A stretch of DNA of 64,000 nucleotides, taken from a virus (lineage: Duplodnaviria > Caudoviricetes). Of this stretch, positions 47,095 to 56,524 are shown one piece after another. The translations under genes were made by a program, and so were the position numbers. Under the pieces are notes generated by a model. That model did no database searches, was not told where the DNA came from, and saw only the letters and a list, made by a program, of their open reading frames with translations. Positions within the stretch are counted from its first letter, which is position 1; every line of letters begins with the position of its first letter. The DNA lies in the IMG/VR virus record IMGVR_UViG_3300012952_003947, positions 7,832 to 71,831 of that record; one strand, given 5' to 3'.

Positions 47095-48167
47095 TTTATT
47101 ACCTCTTTAATTTTACTAGGGAGGGGATAATGATTATAAAATAAATCTGTCAAAACGTTAAACTCTACACCTTCACCTAAATTATAAAAATCAAAATTCA
47201 AAGCTTCACTTAATTCCAACAGATATTCCCAAAAAATTATCATCTGTCTTTCTTGAAAATCATCACCGTGTTGTTTATACCAATTTGGTATTTTTTTGTT
47301 TCCATCAAAGGCATGCAACAAATTACCATTTTCTTCGACTTTTGAGCGGCCATCGAGGCCAACTATATATATATCTTTAAATCCCATAAAAGCTGCATAA
47401 GTTATAAGTCTGGGGCCTATTCCAAGAGCAGAATTATACCTCGTGGCAAAGAACGCAGTGTTTTGGGGATATTTTTTATAAAATTTTCTTACTTTTTTAT
47501 AAGAAGGCTCGTTGCTTATTAAGTTTCCTCTCTCTAGTTCAAAACATGCTATCGTCTTATTTTGTTCCATCAAAGAAGTAAACTCTACTGTATTGTTATA
47601 ATCAAATACACCCTCCACAATAGCTGTCAGATCTACATTTTTATTTTTTAATTTTTCATTTTTATAAAACTCATTACACGACCATATCTGATCGAAGCTC
47701 ATTTTTTCCCAAGATACTTCATTAACAGAGGGTCCACCGCAAACTATTAAAACAGATTTGCCGTCGTTATTAACACTTTTTTCATGGATGGAAAAAACCA
47801 ATTCAGAACCAAGAATTTTATAATCTTTTAAATCTCCAAACTTAAATTTTTCAATGATATGTTGATAATAAGATTTACTCCATCTAACGCCCTTTTCAAT
47901 CGAATCAACGGCAATATTAAAATGTGCATCCTTGCCGGCATTAGTTTTACGATATTGATATCTACTAAAACACTTATTATTTTTTTCGTCTAACCATATA
48001 CTTCCATCTTTTGATAATGGATAATCCTTTATATATTGTGTAACAAGATCTTTGTGTTCTGTAGATAAGTTTGACAAGATCGTGTTTTTTTCATAAACAA
48101 TAGTATAATGCTTCGTGTTAAAGCCTAATTTTAACTTATTTTTCATAAAGCTTTTCAAACATCTCAA
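47091..48167 (-). CDS. CstII/GT42-like sialyl(nonulosonyl)transferase with extra N-terminal domain
   Basis: LIVCGGPS...DQIWSCNEFY and AAFMGFKDIYIVGLDG parallel the CstII GNGPS...CNQFY and ALGYKEIYLSGID motifs. Confidence 0.6.
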   Translation of the reverse strand: MRCLKSFMKNKLKLGFNTKHYTIVYEKNTILSNLSTEHKDLVTQYIKDYPLSKDGSIWLDEKNNKCFSRYQYRKTNAGKDAHFNIAVDSIEKGVRWSKSYYQHIIEKFKFGDLKDYKILGSELVFSIHEKSVNNDGKSVLIVCGGPSVNEVSWEKMSFDQIWSCNEFYKNEKLKNKNVDLTAIVEGVFDYNNTVEFTSLMEQNKTIACFELERGNLISNEPSYKKVRKFYKKYPQNTAFFATRYNSALGIGPRLITYAAFMGFKDIYIVGLDGRSKVEENGNLLHAFDGNKKIPNWYKQHGDDFQERQMIIFWEYLLELSEALNFDFYNLGEGVEFNVLTDLFYNHYPLPSKIKEVIK

Positions 48168-48810
48168 ACTGCCAAGGATAATCTATATCAAAACATTCAC
48201 TTTCTGGCATTGGAAACAATTCGATATCTCCTGGCTTATTAAAATCTCCCATCCATATGCTTTCACCAATCTTATCTAATCGGCCTGCATATAAACAATG
48301 AGCAGCTTCATAAACTGGTTTAGCTAATTTTGTATTCATCACAGCTTCTGTAAGGGGAGTAAGAAATTCATGCTGGTCATTCCAAAAATAGTTCTTCTTC
48401 TCGATTACTCCAAACATTCCATCAGAGTCTGTTTTGCAATATGCTTCAACAAAATTATCTATGGTTTCAATCTCCAAAAATGGAGCACAACCGTTTACAA
48501 GTACGCAATATTTAAAAGGAAGTTTATCCCACCACTCATACATCTCTGTCATTGGAGTGCCCTCAGAATTAGCTGAAGCTTCTGATCTATCAAAAACATT
48601 GATGCCAACTTTATTAGCAACATCTTTTAGTTCCTGCTCATAAACCGAAACGTATACTTGGCTCTGATCTACAGATTTAAGATGCTTTAGCTTCTTAAGG
48701 CAAATTTCAAATAAGTTAGTGTCATGCACAGGTTTAAGCATCTTTTTAGGGGTTCTTTGGGAGCCCATCCTCGCTTGCACGAGAACTACCACATCTTTAA
48801 TTTCTTTCAT
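48136..48810 (-). CDS. neuA: CMP-N-acylneuraminate (nonulosonate) synthetase
   Basis: VQARMGSQRTPKKMLK, CAPFL, FDIDYPWQF. Confidence 0.85.
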   Translation of the reverse strand: MKEIKDVVVLVQARMGSQRTPKKMLKPVHDTNLFEICLKKLKHLKSVDQSQVYVSVYEQELKDVANKVGINVFDRSEASANSEGTPMTEMYEWWDKLPFKYCVLVNGCAPFLEIETIDNFVEAYCKTDSDGMFGVIEKKNYFWNDQHEFLTPLTEAVMNTKLAKPVYEAAHCLYAGRLDKIGESIWMGDFNKPGDIELFPMPESECFDIDYPWQFEMFEKLYEK

Positions 48811-50708
48811 TATAGTAATTTATTGTTCTTATAAGGGCTCAGAAGATGCAGCGATTTGCAAGTACCAGCACCATGGTGCAAGTGACCGCTCCAAATTTCG
48901 GTTACCCAAGAGTGAGTTTGATCTTTGAGTTCATTCAAGACTTTTTCAAATTCTATGTTGCCGTCCCCAACTTGTACGCCCTCTCCGTCAATACCTTTAG
49001 CATCAGATATGTGCATGTGAGAAACTAAGTGTTTAATTTTATTAGTATAATCTGCTAAATCTACACCAGAGTGATTACAGTATAAGCCAGCATGGCACAT
49101 ATCAAAAGTCATGCCTAGATTAAAATGCTCGCAAAATCTTATCATATCGTCCGCAGGCATGAAACCGTACTGAAACCATTGGCCACCTAGGTACCAGGGC
49201 CTAGGCGGCAGATTCTCGGGCAATACGGCGACATCTGAAGGGTTGAACTGAAGGCGTTTGAAATTATCGATCGCTCTTTCGATCATCAGTTCATTCGGTT
49301 TCTCACCTACAACATGATCTAATGACATTCCTCCCAAATGCATAACTATTTTTGGCTTCTCTTTTGGAAAGTTCTTGGCGATTTGTAGAGTTTTGTCAAT
49401 TGTCTTTTGTAAGATCTCAACCGAGAGATTAACAATGCCCTCATCATCTGAACATAAATCAACAAGCTTCCTATCTACAATCTCCGGTGCATGTACAATT
49501 AAGGAAGAGTCTTTTGTGCCTCCTTGAAAATCCACATTCAAATCAGTTTCCGAGCAGTGAAACTCTATGACAGGAGTCTTAAGCACAGAGTATTCTTCAA
49601 AATCATGAAATCTACACTTTACACCCCATTGTTTCCAAAACGTGAACTTTGGCCAATCTTCAATTCTTCTTTCCTCTTCAAAATCTGTTTTTGAGATATA
49701 GTGATCTTCTTTGATATCTCTTTGCAAAGTCCTGCCATAATATGGCTCGATTTCATGAACATATATACCCTTACCGGGGGAGCGAAAAACAACGTCTTCC
49801 GGCTGCAATACATGTCCTTTTTTGAGGGAAGTTACTGTAAAAGCAGATTTAGCGAATGATTCTTTTGCTAATGTTTCTGCTTGGTTAACTTCTTTTTTGG
49901 TTCCCAGAGCTAGTTGAATTTGTCGCATATTTTCAACCATGTTCTTAAAATCTTCAGGATACATAGAAGCTTTATGATCAGGGCCAGTTGCATCTCTATC
50001 AAATGTTATATGCTTTTCAACAATTCTAGCGCCAAAGCCAACTGCGACGTCTGGTATAAATATACCTCTCTCATGACCTGAATATCCAACTATTGGATGT
50101 ATTTGCTTTAAAGTCTCAAAAAACCCAAGATTAAGAGATTCGTATGGGCTAGGATATGTAGAATTTGCTAATAAAAACGCATACTTAATTCCTTTCTTCT
50201 CATAATACTTTGCACACTTTCTAATATCTTCCTCTTCCCACATTCCAGTAGATATTATTAATGGCTTATTATAAGAAGCACACTTGTCAATCAAAGAAAA
50301 ATTAATCATATCAGCAGACGCAATTTTAAACGCTGCTATGTCCAAAGACGCTACAAACTCTGCTGAATCTTCATCGAAAGGTGTAACTATTAAATCAAGA
50401 CCCAATTCTTCGCATTTATCCTTAATGATATAATAATCTTCTTTACTTAGCTCGACTTCTCTAAGCAGGGGGATTAAATAATCTAAACTCCATTCGGCGC
50501 TGTTCGGATCATCTAAAATCTTTTTAGAATATATTTTTTCAAGATTTCTTTTTTGGAACTTGACTGCATCAACACCGGCTTCGGCTGAAGCCTCAATGAG
50601 TTTTATGGCCTCAGATAAAGACCCATTATGATTAACGCCGATTTCACTAATTACATAAATGTATGAATCGTCTTCTTTCGAAAAGACTCTATCAATTGTT
50701 TTTTGCAT
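48810..50708 (-). CDS. neuB: NeuB-type nonulosonate synthase + SAF domain + xylose-isomerase-like TIM barrel
   Basis: ISEIGVNHNG, DAVKFQ, FKIASAD, GYSGHE, VEKHITFD, GPDHKAS; SAF-like KKGHVL...FRSPGKG; C-terminal ENLPPRPW, FDMCH, HMHISDA, EIW. Confidence 0.9.
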   Translation of the reverse strand: MQKTIDRVFSKEDDSYIYVISEIGVNHNGSLSEAIKLIEASAEAGVDAVKFQKRNLEKIYSKKILDDPNSAEWSLDYLIPLLREVELSKEDYYIIKDKCEELGLDLIVTPFDEDSAEFVASLDIAAFKIASADMINFSLIDKCASYNKPLIISTGMWEEEDIRKCAKYYEKKGIKYAFLLANSTYPSPYESLNLGFFETLKQIHPIVGYSGHERGIFIPDVAVGFGARIVEKHITFDRDATGPDHKASMYPEDFKNMVENMRQIQLALGTKKEVNQAETLAKESFAKSAFTVTSLKKGHVLQPEDVVFRSPGKGIYVHEIEPYYGRTLQRDIKEDHYISKTDFEEERRIEDWPKFTFWKQWGVKCRFHDFEEYSVLKTPVIEFHCSETDLNVDFQGGTKDSSLIVHAPEIVDRKLVDLCSDDEGIVNLSVEILQKTIDKTLQIAKNFPKEKPKIVMHLGGMSLDHVVGEKPNELMIERAIDNFKRLQFNPSDVAVLPENLPPRPWYLGGQWFQYGFMPADDMIRFCEHFNLGMTFDMCHAGLYCNHSGVDLADYTNKIKHLVSHMHISDAKGIDGEGVQVGDGNIEFEKVLNELKDQTHSWVTEIWSGHLHHGAGTCKSLHLLSPYKNNKLL

Positions 50709-51720
50709 TTTTTATTTCTTTCTTTACTAGACAAATATCGCTTTGAACCATCTTTTTTACAAGATTGGGAAAATCAGTCTTAGGTTCCCATCCCAACACT
50801 CTCTTAGCCTTTGAAGAATCTCCGCAAAGAACATCAACTTCTGCTGGGCGCATATAACGCGGATCTTGAACTATATATTGATTCCAATCATCTATGTCTA
50901 CAGCAGAAAATGCAGCGTCCAAGAAATCTCTAATTGAATGACTTTCTCCCGTGGCAACAACATAATCGTCTGGTGTTTGATGTTGAAGCATTAGCCACAT
51001 CGCCTCTATAAAGTCAGGTGCGTATCCCCAATCTCTTCTAGAATCTAGGTTTCCCAGAGCAATGTGATCTTGTAACCCTAGGTGTATTCTAGCTACGCCG
51101 TCTGATATTTTTCTTGTAACGAATTCTATTCCTCTCCTCTCTCCTTCATGATTAAAGAGGATTCCGCTGCAGTTAAACATCTTATAAGATTCCCTGTAGT
51201 TTTTACACATCCAGTGACCATATACTTTAGCTATACCGTACGGACTGCGAGGGTAGAACGGAGTCATCTCATCCGATCTTGCTTTGAGAGTAGTCCTATT
51301 ACCGTCTAACTGTAAATTTGTAGTGTTGCCAAACATCTCAGATGAGCTAGCCTGATAGAATCTAACTGGCTTACCATATTCTCTAATAGCCTCAAGTATT
51401 CTCAGTACACCCAATCCTGTAACGTTAGAGGTTTGCTCAGGAATATTCCAAGATGCACCAACGAAAGACTGTGCTCCTAGATTATATACTTCATGAGGTT
51501 TTATTTGGCGTAGCAACCTTAAAAGTGAATTTTGATCTGTTAAATCTCCAGAAACAAACTCAAAATCATTCTCGTTTTCTAAATGTAAAGTATTAGCTCT
51601 ATTTTTTGTAGAGGAACGTCTTTCCATACCGTAAACTCTATAACCTTTTTCTAAAAGAAAATCAGCAAGATGGCTACCATCCATGCCGTTTACGCCAGTT
51701 ATTAATGCTCTTCTTTTCAT
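50692..51720 (-). CDS. gmd: GDP-mannose 4,6-dehydratase
   Basis: ALITGVNGMDGSHL, YNLGAQSFV, FYQASSSEMFG, PRSPYGIAK, GILFNHE, FVTRKI, RDWGYA. Confidence 0.95.
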   Translation of the reverse strand: MKRRALITGVNGMDGSHLADFLLEKGYRVYGMERRSSTKNRANTLHLENENDFEFVSGDLTDQNSLLRLLRQIKPHEVYNLGAQSFVGASWNIPEQTSNVTGLGVLRILEAIREYGKPVRFYQASSSEMFGNTTNLQLDGNRTTLKARSDEMTPFYPRSPYGIAKVYGHWMCKNYRESYKMFNCSGILFNHEGERRGIEFVTRKISDGVARIHLGLQDHIALGNLDSRRDWGYAPDFIEAMWLMLQHQTPDDYVVATGESHSIRDFLDAAFSAVDIDDWNQYIVQDPRYMRPAEVDVLCGDSSKAKRVLGWEPKTDFPNLVKKMVQSDICLVKKEIKNAKNN

Positions 51721-51735
51721 ATAACCTCTCTTGTT

Positions 51736-52947
51736 TTATTTCTCTGACTTTGGTTTTTCAAATGGGTTCCAAGCGACCGTGCCCTTATCACTAATTGGCT
51801 GGAATGTTGCTGGAGCATATACATGCAGGTCTTTATATAGTTCATCTTTTGTATAGTCAATTGGTGTTATATCAAAAGTATTATCAACAGCAAAGGTGCT
51901 CTTGTGGTCAAAACTTTTAGATAAATTTAATTTATGTTTTATATTATCATTTAAAGGAAAAAATTCTGTAGAAAATTCAGTCGAAACATTATATTCATGA
52001 CATTCTCCTAGATTGTATAAATTGAAATTATGTTCTTTTTGAAGATTAAGTATATAATTCCAATAAGACACGTATTGTCTATTTTGAAAGCTTACACCAA
52101 AGTCTTGAAACCATTTTGGATTTTTTTTATTTGCCTCAAAAGCATGTCCAGAACTGTTTTGTTTAAAACCATCTATGCCAACAAAATATATATCTTTTAC
52201 CCCCAAAGCAATTGCATAGCACAGCATTCTCAAAGACACTCCCGGTTGACCCCTGTATCTAGTGTGAAAAAAAGAACATGTATCTGGGTGCTTGCTAATA
52301 AAATCTTTCATATTTCTATAATCTTTAGAGGCATCGCCGCGTTCTATTTCAAAAGCAACTTTTGTATTTTTATTTTTCAAATAACTTTCTAACTTTTCAT
52401 TATTTAAAAAATCTACATTTGGCGCCAAGGTAATTAAGTCTATATCGACATCTTGAAATCTAGAATCTAGAAAAAAGTTATTACACGACCATATAAAATC
52501 AGTTTTAATATTTTGCCAATCGACGTCCTTAGTGGATGGTCCTCCGGATACTATCAGAACGCTCTTTCCTTCGTATTTTTCTAGATCCTGAGTTTTGCTA
52601 AATACCCACTCTTGGTTGTATATGGTTTCTTGATTTTTTAATGTTTCTATATCAAACTTTGATATAATATTTTCTACAAGAGATTTACCCCATCTTCCTT
52701 GTATAAAATCTCTTTTATCACTGCAAAAGCTATGATCTTTGCCAAATACTGTTTCTCTATATTGTTCAGGACTAAAATATCTTCGTGCGGTGGCGTCAAA
52801 CCAAATTGTACTGTCTGCAGCGGTTGGGCATTGAAGATAAAAACTTTTAAACGCTTCGTATACTTCCCTCTTATCGACAATAGACTTTAAAACCTTTCCG
52901 TTCTCATAAACGCAAAAGCAATTATTAAATACTTTTCCTAGAAACAT
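51736..52947 (-). CDS. CstII/GT42-like nonulosonyltransferase, paralog of 47091-48167
   Basis: LIVSGGPS...DFIWSCNNFF; AIALGVKDIYFVGIDG; HAFE; YNLGE; shares the N-terminal extension with 47091-48167. Confidence 0.6.
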   Translation of the reverse strand: MFLGKVFNNCFCVYENGKVLKSIVDKREVYEAFKSFYLQCPTAADSTIWFDATARRYFSPEQYRETVFGKDHSFCSDKRDFIQGRWGKSLVENIISKFDIETLKNQETIYNQEWVFSKTQDLEKYEGKSVLIVSGGPSTKDVDWQNIKTDFIWSCNNFFLDSRFQDVDIDLITLAPNVDFLNNEKLESYLKNKNTKVAFEIERGDASKDYRNMKDFISKHPDTCSFFHTRYRGQPGVSLRMLCYAIALGVKDIYFVGIDGFKQNSSGHAFEANKKNPKWFQDFGVSFQNRQYVSYWNYILNLQKEHNFNLYNLGECHEYNVSTEFSTEFFPLNDNIKHKLNLSKSFDHKSTFAVDNTFDITPIDYTKDELYKDLHVYAPATFQPISDKGTVAWNPFEKPKSEK

Positions 52948-53664
52948 TTATCTCACCGTATTGTGAAGCTCTTTACCTTCACCTAAATTAATAAATGCAG
53001 TCTGCTTGTATAAATCTTTTGCATACTTCCAAAAATATTCATACTGCTTCTTAAACACATCTTCAGAAAAAGAAGATGGTAGAGTTTTCTTACCCGGCTC
53101 AAAAGCATGCTCGCCTTTGTAAATTGGCTTAAAACCATCCAAGCCCGCAAACTTAACTTCTTTGCATCCCAGTGCTGCAGCAAATAATATCATTCTAGGA
53201 CCAATACCTAATTTTCCATAAAATTGTGTATGCATACAAAAATATTTTTCATAATCATTAAAATTATATCCAAACCACTTATCATGCACTTCGAAACCGA
53301 GAAGAGGCTTATACTTATCAGTATAGCTTTTTAATTTATCGTTGTCAAGATCAACTTCAGACATCATCATTGCTAAATCAATTTTTTTATTAGCTAGCTT
53401 TTCATTTCGAAAAAAGTTATTGCAAGACCAAATAAAATCTTTATCTATGCTATCAAAGTCTAGTTTATTAGTTGATGGGCCACCGCCTAAAATAAGAACT
53501 GTAGAATTATTATAGTCTTTAAACTCTGGCAAATCACTATAAACAATATGATTTGTTGCAACTACACTTTTAACAAACTTCTTAAAACTAAGTCTGCAAT
53601 CTCGAATCACCCAATCAGGAAAGCTTTCAGTTGCTCGGTGGTGTTGAAAACAGTTGTACATCAA
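52948..53664 (-). CDS. CstII/GT42-like nonulosonyltransferase (short form)
   Basis: LILGGGPS...DFIWSCNNFF; AAALGCKEVKFAGLDG; HAFE; INLGE. Confidence 0.6.
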   Translation of the reverse strand: MMYNCFQHHRATESFPDWVIRDCRLSFKKFVKSVVATNHIVYSDLPEFKDYNNSTVLILGGGPSTNKLDFDSIDKDFIWSCNNFFRNEKLANKKIDLAMMMSEVDLDNDKLKSYTDKYKPLLGFEVHDKWFGYNFNDYEKYFCMHTQFYGKLGIGPRMILFAAALGCKEVKFAGLDGFKPIYKGEHAFEPGKKTLPSSFSEDVFKKQYEYFWKYAKDLYKQTAFINLGEGKELHNTVR

Positions 53665-54491
53665 ACACCCCTAAGTTTCTTCCTTATAGGTTTCTCCCCT
53701 TCGGTCACAACCTTATTTCCGTCTCCTAGGGCCATTTCTAGCTCTCTAACGCCCTTTACAAGCTTTATCAAGCCTTGGGGTTCTACGGAGGCTAGATGGT
53801 CAGAGCCCCACATTGTGCGGTCTAATGTAATATGCCTTTCCAAGATCGTTGCTCCGAGATATACAGAAGCGACAGTTGTGCCTAGTCTAAATTCATGGCC
53901 ACTATAGCCGACCTCACAATCGTATCTCTCTTTTAAAGTTTGGATGCATTTTAGGTTTAGCTCTTCAAGTGGTGACGGATATGTAGAATTACAATGCAAC
54001 ATTGCAAATTCTGCTTCTTCCTCTCGCAGAATCTCTACTGCATGATCGATTTCTTCTATTGTGCTCATACCGACAGAGAAGATAATCTTCTTTCCAGTGC
54101 GCGCGGATTCTCTCAATAGTTCGTCATTTGTTAACATCGCAGAAGGAATCTTAATCCAAGGAATATCATATTGCATTATAAACTTGAGACTATCTAAATC
54201 CCAAGGAGAAGCTGACCATTCTATACCTTTAATGTGGCAATAAATATCAATCTCATCGTAATCTTCTTGCTCAAATTCCACTTTATGTTTATAGTCAAGA
54301 TAAGTCATTGTACCCCATGGGGTTTCTCTCATAACACCCTTTTGATGCTCTGGTACACATACATCTGGATTTCTCTTTTGAAACTTAACTGCGTCGCAGC
54401 CGGAGAGTGCTGCAATATCAATTAGCTTTTTAGCAGTTTCTAAATCACCATTATGATTAATTCCGATTTCTGCAATTATATATGTTTTCAT
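53661..54491 (-). CDS. neuB: NeuB-type nonulosonate synthase lacking the SAF domain
   Basis: IAEIGINHNG, DAVKFQKR, RETPWG, IKIPSA, LHCNSTYP, GYSGHE, LERHITLDR, GSDHLAS; ends without a SAF domain. Confidence 0.9.
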   Translation of the reverse strand: MKTYIIAEIGINHNGDLETAKKLIDIAALSGCDAVKFQKRNPDVCVPEHQKGVMRETPWGTMTYLDYKHKVEFEQEDYDEIDIYCHIKGIEWSASPWDLDSLKFIMQYDIPWIKIPSAMLTNDELLRESARTGKKIIFSVGMSTIEEIDHAVEILREEEAEFAMLHCNSTYPSPLEELNLKCIQTLKERYDCEVGYSGHEFRLGTTVASVYLGATILERHITLDRTMWGSDHLASVEPQGLIKLVKGVRELEMALGDGNKVVTEGEKPIRKKLRGV

Positions 54492-56524
54492 AGTTTTACT
54501 CTTGGTATATTTTCATACAAGTTGCTTTTATTAGATACCAGTTCTAATTCTACGCCCTTCTCTTTAAGCCAATAAAACAACGCCTCGGAAGCTTCGCAAG
54601 TTATCGAAATCTCCCAAGGTAAAATGTCTCCTTTATTAAACATCTTTTTGTCTTCATAAAAATGCTTATAATCTTTATCTCTCTTGGGATCCTTCTTTGA
54701 TAAATCCCAACCTAAAGCAACTATTTTCTTAACCCCTAAGTGTTGAGCCATATATATTACTGTTTCATAAAGTATGCCCGGACCACAGGGCCTTGTAGGA
54801 GTTTTAGACATTATATAGTCATCAAACTTTTTTGTCAAGCAAATAAACTCATTATTTATTTCTGTTCGAATAGGGATCTTAAAGAAGATATCATGTTTTT
54901 GAAATTCGCTCCATCTCATATGAAGAGGATAATTACTACTAGCAACAACGATCGGATCGCTTTCGTTATATTGATAATGTTCTTGAACGAAATCTCCAAC
55001 CGGCTCTGGCAAATTAGCACAATTAAAGAAATGAAAATCAACGACTTCCGGTGTATATTCATATGCTTGTTTTACTGCAAATACTAGTTTATCTTTTAGT
55101 TTTTCTTTAAGAACATTTTTCCTGTTGTCCGATAAAGATGGACCACAATTAAGAAGATAACAAACTTCTCCTTCGAAGGCATTATGCAAAATTTCCATTT
55201 GCTTTTCAATAGATTCAGTTCTGGCTAACTGTTTTTTAATTTGTCTGGTCTTTTCCTTGACAGGAGGAAGGTCCTCGACGACATTTTCAACCTCAAGCTC
55301 CTTTAGAGCGTCTACCATGGTCTTACCAATACTACAAGGATCATACCCGTTATTTAAAATATGTGTCGATCCAGTTTCGCCCATTTTTATTAGCTCGCTA
55401 CGTTTTTCTTTCCATAAATTATATGCAGCCCTTAATTGTTTTCTTGCAGAGGAAATGTTTGATTCAAACCATTGTCCATTACAATCATAAGGAACAACTG
55501 TAAAAAGACAACTGTCCCATTGACCGTCGACGGGGAACATTGCATCTTCGTGAATAAAATCGACGTGGCCGCCTTCTTTTGGTACTATAACAGGCTTCTT
55601 GTGTGTTAGAGCCTCTGCGATAGGTAAACAGAAGCCCTCCCCTCTAGAGAGCAAAGAAAACACATCTGATTTTTTATAAAGCCAAGAAATATTTTCATTA
55701 GAAATAAAACCGGGAATCAATACAATATTATTAGATTTCGAAGGTTGGTTCCACGGAAAAAGCATAGACTTTTTAATATGCATAATTTCGTTTCTAATTT
55801 TTGTTATATCATGAGACTGGCTTCCAAATGTTTTCAAGAGTAGTATAGCATCATCATCAAATTCAAATTCTGCTGTAAATGCTTGAATTAATTTATCAAA
55901 CCCTTTTCTTTTAGTCCACTGCGAAATAGATAAAACAACAAATTTTTCATCCAAATTAAATGGTAATTTCATTGGATCGTAATTGCCAGTTGGAGGCTCA
56001 ACAATATGCGGAACAACTCTGCAAGGTATGTCTAAACCTGCGTTTTTAGTATCTTTTTCAAATGTTTTTTTATTCCACTCACAAGGAGTTATAATCATAT
56101 CAGGTTTTAAATACTCATAGTCTCTCACCCATTCTTCTGGAATTAAGTCTGTTTCCCAAGCAACATAGTTTGCCTTATATTTAGCATTTTTTATAAGCCT
56201 TTGCATTGCTGGAGAACAGTTTGGTGTGGGCTTAAACCTCTTATCGGCAAAAAGAATAAGCGGCGGGGGCATGTGCCATAAAAACACATATTCACTATTG
56301 ATGGTGTCTTCAATCTCGCTGTCATCTTTAAATTCATATTTTTTAAGCAAAGCTTTTTCATCAGAAGTTAATTTATCTGATTCTGAAACTACAGACGAGT
56401 ACACCTTCAATTCGAAAGCATTCGGATTTTTCTGTAGATACGCATCGAGTGCTTTAATGTAGCCTCTAGCGGCGACACCGTATCCGCTTTTATCGCGTGA
56501 TTGGCAACAATATACTATTCTCAT
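54488..56524 (-). CDS. GT4 glycosyltransferase fused to a Maf/DUF115-like domain
   Basis: SGYGVAAR, YVAWET, SRGEGFCLPIAEA; C-terminal LLNCGPSL, FAVKQA, MAQHLGVKKIVALGWD. Confidence 0.75.
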   Translation of the reverse strand: MRIVYCCQSRDKSGYGVAARGYIKALDAYLQKNPNAFELKVYSSVVSESDKLTSDEKALLKKYEFKDDSEIEDTINSEYVFLWHMPPPLILFADKRFKPTPNCSPAMQRLIKNAKYKANYVAWETDLIPEEWVRDYEYLKPDMIITPCEWNKKTFEKDTKNAGLDIPCRVVPHIVEPPTGNYDPMKLPFNLDEKFVVLSISQWTKRKGFDKLIQAFTAEFEFDDDAILLLKTFGSQSHDITKIRNEIMHIKKSMLFPWNQPSKSNNIVLIPGFISNENISWLYKKSDVFSLLSRGEGFCLPIAEALTHKKPVIVPKEGGHVDFIHEDAMFPVDGQWDSCLFTVVPYDCNGQWFESNISSARKQLRAAYNLWKEKRSELIKMGETGSTHILNNGYDPCSIGKTMVDALKELEVENVVEDLPPVKEKTRQIKKQLARTESIEKQMEILHNAFEGEVCYLLNCGPSLSDNRKNVLKEKLKDKLVFAVKQAYEYTPEVVDFHFFNCANLPEPVGDFVQEHYQYNESDPIVVASSNYPLHMRWSEFQKHDIFFKIPIRTEINNEFICLTKKFDDYIMSKTPTRPCGPGILYETVIYMAQHLGVKKIVALGWDLSKKDPKRDKDYKHFYEDKKMFNKGDILPWEISITCEASEALFYWLKEKGVELELVSNKSNLYENIPRVKL

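Larger units (their letters stand above)
3226..47939. repeat. dispersed, over-represented GC palindromes GCCGGC / GGCGCC
   Basis: Hand count of at least 30 GCCGGC and about 18 GGCGCC in an AT-rich window, in all three codon phases. Confidence 0.65.
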
